Position numbers and translations under genes: made by a program. From positions 1 through 31,149 of the IMG/VR virus record IMGVR_UViG_3300025571_000145: a stretch of DNA of 31,149 nucleotides, one strand, 5' to 3'. Under the pieces are notes generated by a model that was not told the origin of the DNA, made no database searches, and was given only the letters and a program-made list of their open reading frames with translations. Shown here piece after piece: positions 1 through 7,708 of the stretch. The DNA comes from a virus (lineage: Duplodnaviria; Caudoviricetes). The first letter of the stretch is position 1; every line of letters begins with the position of its first letter.

Positions 1-281
1 CAACCCGCCGGGCCCGACTCCCCAAAGACTGGCCGAAACGCCGCGCCGCCGTACTCAAACGCGACAACGGCGTATGCCACGTCTGCCACGGGCCCGGCGC
101 CGACGCCGTCGACCACATCATCCCCGGGGATGATCACTCCCTCGAAAACCTGGCGCCGATACATGACCGGGTGTGGCCACACTGCCACCGCCGCAAATCC
201 GCGTCTGAGGGCAGCCGCGCAGCCCAGGCCAAGCGCATCCCGCGCCGGCGTCCGGAGGAGCCACACCCCGGACTCATCTGA
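1..281 (+). CDS. Phage HNH endonuclease, 5'-truncated by window edge (terminase-associated type)
   Basis: Not in ORF track. Frame from nt 3 reads TRRARLPKDWPKRRAAVLKRDNGVCHVCHGPGADAVDHIIPGDDHSLENLAPIHDRVWPHCHRRKSASEG...HPGLI*, with CxxC, VDHIIP, ENL and CH motifs; TGA at 279-281; lies upstream of terS. Confidence 0.9.
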   Translation, partial: TRRARLPKDWPKRRAAVLKRDNGVCHVCHGPGADAVDHIIPGDDHSLENLAPIHDRVWPHCHRRKSASEGSRAAQAKRIPRRRPEEPHPGLI

Positions 282-332
282 CCCGAAATCTTGGCCGCAA
301 GCCCCGTCCTTCAGGGCGGGGTTAGGCCATCC

Positions 333-749
333 CTAGAGTGGTCTGCGCTGCTGTTCGATGTACTGGCGGATGATCTCCAAGGGTGCGCCGCCGCAGGATG
401 CGGCGAAGTAGGACGGCGACCACAGGTGTCCGTGCATGATGTGCCGGTTCATGTGGCCGGTGAACTCCTTGCGCAGAAGTCGGGCCGAGACGCCTTTGAG
501 GCTGTTCACCAGCTTTGATATGGCGACCTTTGGCGGATAGTGCACCAGTAGATGCACGTGGTCGTCTTCCCCGTTGAACTCGACAAGATCAGCCTCGAAG
601 TCGGCGCACACGTCCCGCATGATCTGCTCGCAGCGCTCAAGGATCTCGCCGGTCAGCGCTCCGCGCCGGTGCTTCGTCACGAAGACCAAATGGACGTGGA
701 GCGCTGAAACAACGTGTCTGCCGCGCCTATAGTCGGAATCATTCGCCAT
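333..749 (-). CDS. tnpA: IS200/IS605 Y1 (HUH) transposase
   Basis: 138 aa; HLVFVTKHRR, HUH motif DHVHLL, SLKGVS, LWSPSYF and catalytic helix YIEQQ. Confidence 0.96.
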   Translation of the reverse strand: MANDSDYRRGRHVVSALHVHLVFVTKHRRGALTGEILERCEQIMRDVCADFEADLVEFNGEDDHVHLLVHYPPKVAISKLVNSLKGVSARLLRKEFTGHMNRHIMHGHLWSPSYFAASCGGAPLEIIRQYIEQQRRPL

Positions 750-773
750 AGACCAAATGCTAGACTGGGTACC

Positions 774-1922
774 GTGCAGCTTCGGTACAACTTCCGCCTC
801 TACCCGACAGCCGGTCAGCGCGCCGCGTTGGCCAAGGCGTTCGGGTGCGCCCGGGTGGTATTCAACGACGGGCTGCGCTTACGGCAGGAAGCCCACGCGG
901 CCGGGCTGCCGTACATCAAGGACGCCGACCTGCAACGCCAGGTGATCACCGAGGCGAAGAAGACCCCGGAACGCTCCTGGCTGGGAGAGGTGTCCAACGT
1001 CGTGCTGGTGCAGTCGCTCAACGACCTGCACAAGGCGTACCGGGCGTTCTTCGCCTCGGTAACGGGCAAGCGCAAGGGGCCGAAGGTGGCCCCGCCCCGG
1101 TTCAAGTCGAAGAAGGACAACCGGCAGGCGATCCGACTCACCCGCAACGGCTTCAGCATCCGCCCAAACAGGCGGCTGTACGTGGCCAAGGTCGGCGAGA
1201 TAGAAGTCCGCTGGTCCCGTGCTCTGCCTGCCGAACCGTCGTCGGTAACGGTGGTCAAGGACGCGGCCGGACGGTACTTCGCGAGCTTCGTGGTAGAGGT
1301 CCCCGGCGAGCCGCTGCCGGAGACGACGGGTGAGGTTGGGATCGACCTGGGCCTGTCGCACTTCGCCGTGCTGTCGGACGGCAGGAAGATCGACAATCCG
1401 CGTTTCATCCGCCGAGCCGAACGCCGCCTGCGCAAGGCGCAAAAGGCACTGTCCCGCAAGCAGAAGGGCAGCGTGAACCGGGCCAAGGCCCGGGCCAGGG
1501 TCGCCAAGCTGCACGCCAAGTTGGCCGACGCGCGCCGGGACTGGGCACACAAGCTTTCCACGCAGATCATCCGCGAGAACCAAGCGGTATACGTGGAGAA
1601 CCTTTCTGTGTCCGGGCTCGCGCGCACGAGACTGGCCAAGAGCGTGCATGACGCGGGCTGGTCGCAGTTCGTCGCCATGCTTGAGTACAAAGCGGCCCGG
1701 TACGGGCGGACCTTCCACCAGATCGACCGCTGGTTTCCCAGCTCGAAGCTATGTTCCGCATGCGGGACGCTACAAGAGTCGATGCCGCTGAACGTCCGGG
1801 AGTGGACTTGCCCGTGTGGTGCGGTCCACGACCGGGACGTTAATGCTGCAAGGAACATCCTCGCCGCCGGGCGGGCGGAGAGGTTAAACGCCTGTGGAGG
1901 GACCGTAAGACCCGCCGCCTAG
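774..1922 (+). CDS. tnpB: RNA-guided endonuclease TnpB
   Basis: Start moved to GTG 774 (MQLRYNFRLYPT). RuvC-I GIDLG, RuvC-II VENL, zinc finger CSACG...CPCG, RuvC-III HDRDVNAARNI; all three acidic residues present. Confidence 0.96.
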   Translation: MQLRYNFRLYPTAGQRAALAKAFGCARVVFNDGLRLRQEAHAAGLPYIKDADLQRQVITEAKKTPERSWLGEVSNVVLVQSLNDLHKAYRAFFASVTGKRKGPKVAPPRFKSKKDNRQAIRLTRNGFSIRPNRRLYVAKVGEIEVRWSRALPAEPSSVTVVKDAAGRYFASFVVEVPGEPLPETTGEVGIDLGLSHFAVLSDGRKIDNPRFIRRAERRLRKAQKALSRKQKGSVNRAKARARVAKLHAKLADARRDWAHKLSTQIIRENQAVYVENLSVSGLARTRLAKSVHDAGWSQFVAMLEYKAARYGRTFHQIDRWFPSSKLCSACGTLQESMPLNVREWTCPCGAVHDRDVNAARNILAAGRAERLNACGGTVRPAA

Positions 1923-2036
1923 CGGAGGGCAGGACCCGGTGAAGCAGGAAGCCACAGAAGTGCCGCACGCGCGGCACAGGCTGAATCCCCGGCCTTCAGG
2001 CCGGGGAGCGCGTCAAAAAGATCAACCCTTCCGAAA
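1864..2036 (+). ncRNA. Predicted omegaRNA (reRNA) of first IS605 element; scaffold ~1864-2016, guide from 2017 (AAAGATCAACCCTTCC...)
   Basis: Overlaps tnpB 3' end and right end. 5' hairpin CCGCC-GGGCG-GGCGG whose loop can pair with CGTC(AA) at the terminus. RNA ends are inferred. Confidence 0.75.
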
Positions 2037-2130
2037 TCAACACCACAAGCTGGCGGGTCGCCTGCACCCCACAAGACAACAGGCCGCACAGCAGACGGCC
2101 CGCCATTCCCAGCCCTAACAAAGGCGTAGC

Positions 2131-2376
2131 GTGACAGAACAGAAGATCGGCCACATCATCGACGGCCTCGGCCTAACCCTCGACCTCGGCGAAGGCGACC
2201 TCATCGCCTCAGCAGTCGTCCTCTGCAAGATCATCAAGCCGGACGGTGAGACGGTCTTCGGCTTCGCACACTCCGAAGGCATGTGCTGGATCGAGTCGAT
2301 CGGCCTGGTCACGATCGGCGCCGAGATGATCAAGCAGGGCTATGTAGAGACCTTGGCCGACGACGAGGAGCCCTGA
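2131..2376 (+). CDS. Hypothetical phage protein (81 aa)
   Basis: GC3-rich codons, protein-like composition, acidic C-terminus, same strand as neighbours. Confidence 0.7.
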   Translation: MTEQKIGHIIDGLGLTLDLGEGDLIASAVVLCKIIKPDGETVFGFAHSEGMCWIESIGLVTIGAEMIKQGYVETLADDEEP

Positions 2377-2430
2377 CGCTCGAGCAGGCGTGCCGGCGCG
2401 GCCTCGCCTCCGGCCTGCTGCGGCACACCT

Positions 2431-2516
2431 CGACCAAGATCGCTTGCAGGTCGGCCGATCAAGATCGTCTAGTCACGCTCGACCAAGATCATAAACCGGC
2501 TCGAGCGACCAAGATC
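2431..2516 (+). repeat. Four phased 11-bp direct repeats CGA(C/T)CAAGATC
   Basis: Copies start at 2431, 2456, 2480 and 2506 (period 25, 24, 26 bp) in non-coding DNA upstream of terS. Confidence 0.9.
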
Positions 2517-2592
2517 AACACCGCGGCGCGCCGTGCGCACGCCTGTGTACATATGGGTGGGTATGCCCCCCTTTGTCCAAATTTTTCTCGAC

Positions 2593-2603
2593 CGGGCCGG
2601 TAT
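2593..2603 (+). other. Candidate cos (cohesive end) site CGGGCCGGTAT
   Basis: Between HNH and terS; resembles CGG...GGTAA-type 3' overhangs of actinophages; close to a visible switch from C-rich to G-rich top strand. Confidence 0.45.
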
Positions 2604-2721
2604 AGCAGCTCGCTGTCTGTACGGGTTGTGAGGTCGCGACACGCTGCGTAATCGGCGTGAGGTGGCATGCCGCGCGCCGAGCTCACCCCTGCCTCACGCA
2701 GGACTTTGATCTTGAACCGCT

Positions 2722-2760
2722 GTGCCCCGGCATGGGGTACGCGGACGTCCCGACATGGGA
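2722..2760 (+). promoter_or_regulatory. Tandem GNCAT-pentaloop hairpins covering the terS ribosome-binding site
   Basis: GTGCCCC-GGCAT-GGGGTAC (2722-2740) and TCCC-GACAT-GGGA (2748-2760); the second 3' arm is the start of SD GGGAGG ahead of ATG 2768. Confidence 0.6.
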
Positions 2761-2767
2761 GGAATCG

Positions 2768-3199
2768 ATGGCACGTCCGAGGGGCCCTGTCCCCAAGCGG
2801 AGCGAGGAGCGCCGCCGCCGGAACAAGCCGGAAGGCGGCGAGGTGACCAAGGTTTCTGCCGGTGTGGCCGTTGTGGAGTTCCCGCCGGCCCACGAGGACT
2901 GGCACCCGATCGCGCGCGAGTGGTACGAGTCGCTGCAGGTGTCGGGTCAGGCGGTCTTCTACGAGCCGTCCGATGTGGCGACCGCGGTGTATGTGGCGGA
3001 GGCCATGTCGCGCGGGCTGCAGGCGCCCCGGTTTTCGGCGCAGCTGTTTGCCGCCGTCTCCTCAGCGATGACCGAGCTGCTGACGACGGAGGGTGCGCGG
3101 CGTCGTGCGCGGCTCGAGCTCGAGCGGCATGGTGTTGAGGACGGGAAGCCGGCCAGCGTGCTCGCGTTGGACGATTACCGTGACGCTCTCGGCGGCTGA
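2768..3199 (+). CDS. terS: Terminase small subunit
   Basis: ATG 2768 with GGGAGG SD; GPVPKRSEERRRRNK N-terminus, WHPIAREWYESL, FYEPSD and LLTTEGARRRARLEL typical of actinophage small terminases; overlaps terL. Confidence 0.88.
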   Translation: MARPRGPVPKRSEERRRRNKPEGGEVTKVSAGVAVVEFPPAHEDWHPIAREWYESLQVSGQAVFYEPSDVATAVYVAEAMSRGLQAPRFSAQLFAAVSSAMTELLTTEGARRRARLELERHGVEDGKPASVLALDDYRDALGG

Positions 3200-4934
3200 C
3201 AACACGACGACTGTTGATCTTGACGCGTTGGAGCCGGTGCGGATCGGCCCGACGTGGCGGCGGGACCCGGATCATCCGAGCGGCTGGTATCTGCCGGAGC
3301 GCACGCTCGGGTGGAGCATCGTGATGTGGCAGGCCGAGGCGTTGCAGCATCCCTCGGGCCGGCCGTGGCGGTACACGCCTGAGCAGCTGCGGTTTGTGCT
3401 GTGGTGGTACGCGGTTGACGAGGATGGCCGGTGGCTGTTCCGGGATGGCGTGCTGCAGCGGATCAAGGGCTGGGGCAAGGACCCGCTGGTCGCGACGCTG
3501 GCGGCGACGGAGCTGGTGGGGCCGTGCCGGCTGGACTCGTCGGGGCGGACGGTTCGGGACCCGTGGGGGAATGAGCATCCGGCTGGTGTGCCGCATCCGG
3601 AGGCGTGGATTCAGATCGCCGCGGTGAGCAAAGATCAGAACCGGAACACGATGACGATCTTTCCGGGGATCTTCACCAAGGCGGCGCTTGAGCGGTACCA
3701 GATCGACCTCGGCAAGGAGATCATCTACGCGTTCAAGGGTGCCCGGCGGATTGAGGCGGTGTCGTCGTCGCCGCGTGCGCTCGAGGGTGGCCGGCCGACG
3801 TTCACGATCAAGAACGAGACGCATCACTGGCTCGCCACCAACGGCGGCCATGAGATGGACGCGGTGATCGAGCGTAACGCGACCAAGTCGTCGGACGGTA
3901 TGGCGCGCGCGCTGGCGATCACGAACGCGTACATGCCGGGTGAGGACTCGGTGGCGGAGCGGGCACGTGAGGCGTATGAGCTGATGGCGGCGGGCCGGGC
4001 CCGGGACACGGGTCTGCTGTATGACTCGCTTGAGGCGCCGGCGGAGGCTCCGCTGTCTGCGGAGGCCGCGCCGCGGGTGGTCGAGCTGGTGCGGGGGGAT
4101 TCGCACTGGCTGGATGTCAACGGCATCGTCCAGTCGATCTTGGACCCGCGGAATCCGCCGAGCCGGTCGCGACGGTTTTGGTACAACCAGATCGTCGCCG
4201 CCGAGGACGCGTGGGTCGCGCCGTACGAGTGGGATGCGTGCGAGCGTAAGGACCGGCTGGTGGAGCCCGGCGAGAAGATCACGCTGTTTTTCGACGGCTC
4301 CAAGTCGGATGATGCGACGGTGCTGGTCGGCTGCTGCGTGTCCGACGGGCATGTGTTCCTGATCGACTGCTGGCAGCGCCCGCCCGGCTTGGACTCCAAG
4401 GTGCCGTGGTCGGTGCCGCGGGAGCTGGTTGACGCGCGGGTGGACCGCGCGTGCGCCGAGTGGTCGGTGGTGGGGTTCTTCGCCGACCCTGGCGGTGGCG
4501 AGGATGAGACCGGCGAGCGGTATTGGGATGCGCTGCTGGATGCGTGGGCCGAGCGGCACGGCGCGGGCCTGCTGATTCATGCGGCGCCGCGGGGGTCGCG
4601 GAGCCCGCACCCGATCGTGTGGGACATGCGGACGCCAGCGCATCAGCAGGAGTTCACCGAGGCGTGTGAGCGTTCCTGGACGGATATCCGGGACCGTCTG
4701 CTGACGCATGACGGGAACCGGGTTTTGCGGCAGCACGTGGTGAATGCGCGGCGCCGCCCGAACAAGTGGGGCGTGTCGATCGGCAAGGAGCATCGCGAGT
4801 CGCAGCGGAAGATCGACGCCGCGGTGGCGATGGTCGGTGCGCGGATGGTGCGGCGGAAGCTGCTGGGGTCGGCGGAGTGGTCCAGGCAGTCGAAGGCGAA
4901 GCCCCGGTCGGGCCGGGTGTTCGGGTTCAGCTGA
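3180..4934 (+). CDS. terL: Terminase large subunit
   Basis: Probable GTG start 3180. YTPEQ adenine-binding motif, Walker-A-like RIKGWGKD, Walker-B-like IKNETHHW, nuclease FFDGSKSDDAT and KIDAAVA. Confidence 0.95.
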   Translation: MTLSAADNTTTVDLDALEPVRIGPTWRRDPDHPSGWYLPERTLGWSIVMWQAEALQHPSGRPWRYTPEQLRFVLWWYAVDEDGRWLFRDGVLQRIKGWGKDPLVATLAATELVGPCRLDSSGRTVRDPWGNEHPAGVPHPEAWIQIAAVSKDQNRNTMTIFPGIFTKAALERYQIDLGKEIIYAFKGARRIEAVSSSPRALEGGRPTFTIKNETHHWLATNGGHEMDAVIERNATKSSDGMARALAITNAYMPGEDSVAERAREAYELMAAGRARDTGLLYDSLEAPAEAPLSAEAAPRVVELVRGDSHWLDVNGIVQSILDPRNPPSRSRRFWYNQIVAAEDAWVAPYEWDACERKDRLVEPGEKITLFFDGSKSDDATVLVGCCVSDGHVFLIDCWQRPPGLDSKVPWSVPRELVDARVDRACAEWSVVGFFADPGGGEDETGERYWDALLDAWAERHGAGLLIHAAPRGSRSPHPIVWDMRTPAHQQEFTEACERSWTDIRDRLLTHDGNRVLRQHVVNARRRPNKWGVSIGKEHRESQRKIDAAVAMVGARMVRRKLLGSAEWSRQSKAKPRSGRVFGFS

Positions 4935-4957
4935 GGTCTCTTGGAGGGGGGCTGGTT

Positions 4958-6415
4958 GTGACGCTCTCCAAGAGTGAGGCGTTGGATGCGGCGGCGAAGC
5001 TGCTGGAGCTGCGTGAGGGTGAGCAGGCGCGGCTGAAGAAGATCTCCGCCTACATGAAGGGCGAGGCGTCGAGCGTCTATGTGCCGAAGGGTGCCCGCCA
5101 GGAGTACAAGTGGCTGATCCGGCGGGCCCGCGTCAACATCCTGCCGCTGGTGGTCACGGTGGTGGCGCAGGCGCTGTATGTGGACGGGTATCGGCCGGCG
5201 GGCTCGTCGCAGAACGCCAGGGCGTGGGAGATTTGGCAGGCGAACCGGATGGATGCCCGGCAGCATGGGCTGCACCGTGCCGCGCTCAAATACGGGGTGG
5301 CGTATGCGGTGGTGTTGCCGGGTGAGCCGGTGCCGGTGATCAAGCCCAAGTCGCCGCGCCGGTTGACCGCGTTCTACGCCGACCCGGTGGATGACGAGTG
5401 GCCGGAGTTCGCGCTTGAGGTGACCTCCCGGAACACGCTGAAGGGGAAGGTCAAGTCGGTGCGGCTCTACGATGCCACGCACCGGTACGACATGGAGGCG
5501 CGGGAGACCGAGGCGGGGAAGCTGCGCCTGGTCACGGCGGAGGAGCACGGGCTGGGTGTGTGCCCGGTGGTCCGCTACCTCAACGGTGACGACCTCGACG
5601 GTGACGATTGTGTCCGTGGCGAGGTCGAACCGCTGTTCGAGATGCAGGACCAGCTCAACGCCACGACGTTCAATCTGCTGATGGCGCAGCAGTATGCGGC
5701 GTTCCGGCAGCGGTGGATCGCCGGCATGGTGGTGACGGATGAGGACGGGTCGCCGCGGGCGCCGTTCCAGGCCGCGGTGGACCGGTTGTGGGTCGCCGAG
5801 GACGCCGACGTCAAGTTCGGCGAGTTTTCCCAGACCGATTTGTCCGGCTATCTGCAGTCGATTGAGGCGACGATCCGCAACATCGCCACGGTGTCGCAGA
5901 CGCCGCCGCATCACCTGCTCGGCCAGATGGCGAATCTGTCGGCTGAGGCGCTTGCCGCGGCCGAGTCTGGTCTGCAGCGGAAGATCGCCGAGCGCAAGAG
6001 CTCGTTCGGCGAGTCGCACGAGCAGATGCTGCGGCTGGCGTCGCTGGCCGCGGGGGACCGCAAGGGCTGGGAGGACACGGCGGCGCAGGTTGTGTGGCGT
6101 GACACGGAGGCCCGGTCGCTCAGCTCGACGGTGGATGCGCTCGGGAAGCTCGTGCAGATGCTGCAGGTGCCGCCTCAGGAGCTGTGGGAGCGGATCCCGG
6201 GGGTCACGCAGACGGATGTGGAGCGGTGGAAGGCGGCCGCGGAGCGTGCTCGGCGGGACGCGGATGCGATGGAGCAGCTGAACCAGATGCTGGACCGGCA
6301 GCTGGGTGGATCTGGCGTGCCGGAGCAGCCGGATGGTGAGTCCGCCGGGGCCGCCGAGGGTGGCGGCGAGCGGGTTTTGGAGGCTGCGGATGCCGTCGCA
6401 GAACCAGCTCGCTGA
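4958..6415 (+). CDS. Portal protein (SPP1 gp6-like)
   Basis: GTG 4958 after GGAGG; directly follows terL; NILPLVV, WQANRMDARQ, ALKYGVAY, HGLGVCPVV and NLSAEALAAAE motifs. Confidence 0.93.
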   Translation: MTLSKSEALDAAAKLLELREGEQARLKKISAYMKGEASSVYVPKGARQEYKWLIRRARVNILPLVVTVVAQALYVDGYRPAGSSQNARAWEIWQANRMDARQHGLHRAALKYGVAYAVVLPGEPVPVIKPKSPRRLTAFYADPVDDEWPEFALEVTSRNTLKGKVKSVRLYDATHRYDMEARETEAGKLRLVTAEEHGLGVCPVVRYLNGDDLDGDDCVRGEVEPLFEMQDQLNATTFNLLMAQQYAAFRQRWIAGMVVTDEDGSPRAPFQAAVDRLWVAEDADVKFGEFSQTDLSGYLQSIEATIRNIATVSQTPPHHLLGQMANLSAEALAAAESGLQRKIAERKSSFGESHEQMLRLASLAAGDRKGWEDTAAQVVWRDTEARSLSSTVDALGKLVQMLQVPPQELWERIPGVTQTDVERWKAAAERARRDADAMEQLNQMLDRQLGGSGVPEQPDGESAGAAEGGGERVLEAADAVAEPAR

Positions 6416-7124
6416 GCAGTACCGTGCCGCGCAGGCGCGTCTGGCGGCTCGGGTGACCCGTGACGTGCTGCGGCTGTGGCTGGACTCCTACCAGCCGCGG
6501 TCCCCGAACGTGTGGGAAGCGCTGATCGCCGCGCTGGTGGCGCTGATCTCGAGCTTCCGCCGCGAGTCGACCCGGTTGGCGACGAACTACTACCTCGAGT
6601 CACGCGCCGAGGCGCGGGTTCCGGGCCTGTTCGTGCCGTCGCCTGCTCCTGAGGCGCCGCGGGAGTGGATCGAGACCACAGCGCAGATCGCCGGCGCGCG
6701 CACGTATGGCCGTTCTCTGTCCGCCGATCTGCCTGAGCATCAGGCTCGGCAGAACGCCGGGGTCGCGCTGGCCGGGAGCATGGAGCGCATCGTCCTCGAC
6801 GCGGGCCGGCAGACCATCCTCGGCGCGGTCGATGAGGACCGGGAGGCGATCGGGTGGGCCCGGATCGGGGATGCGAACCCGTGCGCGTTCTGCGCGATGC
6901 TGATCAGTCGCGGGCCGGTGTACAGCGAGGCCACGGCGAAGTTCCAGAGCCATCCGCATTGTGCTTGCGTGGCGGCGCCTGTCTGGTCGCGGGACGAGGC
7001 GTGGCTGGGCCATTCCCGGGACCTGTATGAGCAGTGGCGGCGTGTGACGGCTGGTTATTCGGGTGCTGAGGCTCGGCGGGTGTGGCGTCGCTATTGGGAG
7101 GGCCGCGACCAGTCGGAGGAGTGA
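6390..7124 (+). CDS. MuF-like minor head / capsid maturation protein
   Basis: ATG 6390 overlapping portal end; GWARIGDANPCAFCAMLISRGPVY...HPHCAC Cys/His motif. Confidence 0.82.
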   Translation: MPSQNQLAEQYRAAQARLAARVTRDVLRLWLDSYQPRSPNVWEALIAALVALISSFRRESTRLATNYYLESRAEARVPGLFVPSPAPEAPREWIETTAQIAGARTYGRSLSADLPEHQARQNAGVALAGSMERIVLDAGRQTILGAVDEDREAIGWARIGDANPCAFCAMLISRGPVYSEATAKFQSHPHCACVAAPVWSRDEAWLGHSRDLYEQWRRVTAGYSGAEARRVWRRYWEGRDQSEE

Positions 7125-7127
7125 CGG

Positions 7128-7397
7128 ATGGCTGACCGTACCGCGGAGGAGATGCGCCGCCTGGTCCGCGAGGGCAAGGCGATGCGCACCGGCAGGGACG
7201 ATCCGCGGCCGGGCCGGTTCCCGATCGCGAACCGTGAGGATCTGCTGAACGCGATTCGCGCGGTGGGCCGGGTGCGGCCGAACACCGAGGAGGCGCGCGC
7301 TCGGGTGCGCCGGTTCATCATGCGGCGTGCGCGTGAGCTAGGGCTCGGGGAGCTGATTCCGCCGACGTGGAAGGCGGACGGCACGCTCGAGCGCTGA
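7128..7397 (+). CDS. Small conserved head-module protein (89 aa), function unknown
   Basis: GGAGG SD upstream; GRFPIANREDLLNAIRAVGR...IMRRARELGLGELIPPTW resembles a small domain recurrent in actinophage head modules (from recall). Confidence 0.8.
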   Translation: MADRTAEEMRRLVREGKAMRTGRDDPRPGRFPIANREDLLNAIRAVGRVRPNTEEARARVRRFIMRRARELGLGELIPPTWKADGTLER

Positions 7398-7398
7398 T

Positions 7399-7596
7399 CG
7401 AAATTCTTGGGCGCAGACCCCCGGCTTCAGCCGTGGGGTTAGCCCATGAACATCCTCGCCGCCGGGCTGGCGGTGACAGGGCGTGGAGACCTCGCCGTTG
7501 GGCGGTCTGTGAAGCGCCAACCACCCAAGGTAGAGGCAGCGTGAACGCGCCTCAGCCACGGGAATCCCCCGCCTTCAGGCGTGGGGAGGAAGTCAA
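7399..7596 (+). mobile_element. 198-bp non-autonomous IS605-family element (PATE-like) inserted 3' of TGAT
   Basis: Guide CAGA at +16..+19 (7414-7417) matches TGAT (7395-7398); LE hairpin CCCCCGGC-TTCA-GCCGTGGGG; TnpB C-terminal remnant MNILAAGLAVTGRG...VKRQPPKVEAA* from 7446; right end GAAT, hairpin, TCAA (7593-7596). Confidence 0.92.
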
Positions 7597-7616
7597 CTGA
7601 GGCTTTCTTGCCCCCT
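7459..7616 (+). ncRNA. Predicted stand-alone omegaRNA; scaffold ~7459-7596, guide from 7597 (CTGAGGCTTTCTTGCC...)
   Basis: 5' hairpin CCGCC-GGGCT-GGCGG, loop complementary to terminal AGTC(AA); GGCGTGGAGAC...GTCTGTGAAGCGCC stem; shares GAACATCCTCGCCGCCGGGC (7448-7467) with 1853-1872. Confidence 0.75.
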
Positions 7617-7620
7617 TGTG

Positions 7621-7652
7621 GGCCGGTTGGCCGTCATGGCTGCCGGCCTTTT
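7621..7652 (+). terminator. Possible intrinsic terminator/attenuator upstream of scaffold gene
   Basis: GGCCGGTTGGCC-GTCAT-GGCTGCCGGCC followed by TTTT. Confidence 0.5.
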
Positions 7653-7665
7653 GTGTTGTTGGCCT

Positions 7666-7702
7666 GGGCCGTCAGGGCCCCGGCCGTGGTCCCGGCATGG
7701 GA
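7666..7702 (+). promoter_or_regulatory. Tandem GNCA(T/G)-pentaloop hairpins covering the scaffold ribosome-binding site
   Basis: GGGCC-GTCAG-GGCCC (7666-7680) and TCCC-GGCAT-GGGA (7690-7702); GGGAG is the SD for GTG 7709. Confidence 0.6.
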
Positions 7703-7708
7703 GTTGAC

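Larger units (their letters stand above)
283..2016 (+). mobile_element. Complete IS605-type insertion sequence (divergent tnpA/tnpB) inserted 3' of TGAC
   Basis: Left-end hairpin CCCCGTCC-TTCA-GGGCGGGG (302-321) preceded by guide CAAG at +16..+19 (298-301) matching TGAC (279-282); right end GAAT (1983-1986), hairpin CCCCGGCC-TTCA-GGCCGGGG, terminal TCAA (2013-2016). Confidence 0.93.

Noticed and set aside
130-518. ORF-track calls 130-336 and 291-518
   Set aside because: Out of frame with the HNH gene or antisense to tnpA, and overlapping the IS left end.
2431-2516. Mini CRISPR array near tnpB (Cas12f-like system)
   Set aside because: Repeats are 11 bp with 13-15 bp gaps, far too short, and lie outside the IS; the TnpB has a normal right-end omegaRNA.
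7446-7544. Functional 32-aa peptide MNILAAG...
   Set aside because: It is the TnpB C-terminal remnant overlapping the omegaRNA and has no clear SD.
7399-7596. Self-splicing IStron or group I intron
   Set aside because: Too short, no intron core, and it does not interrupt a reading frame.
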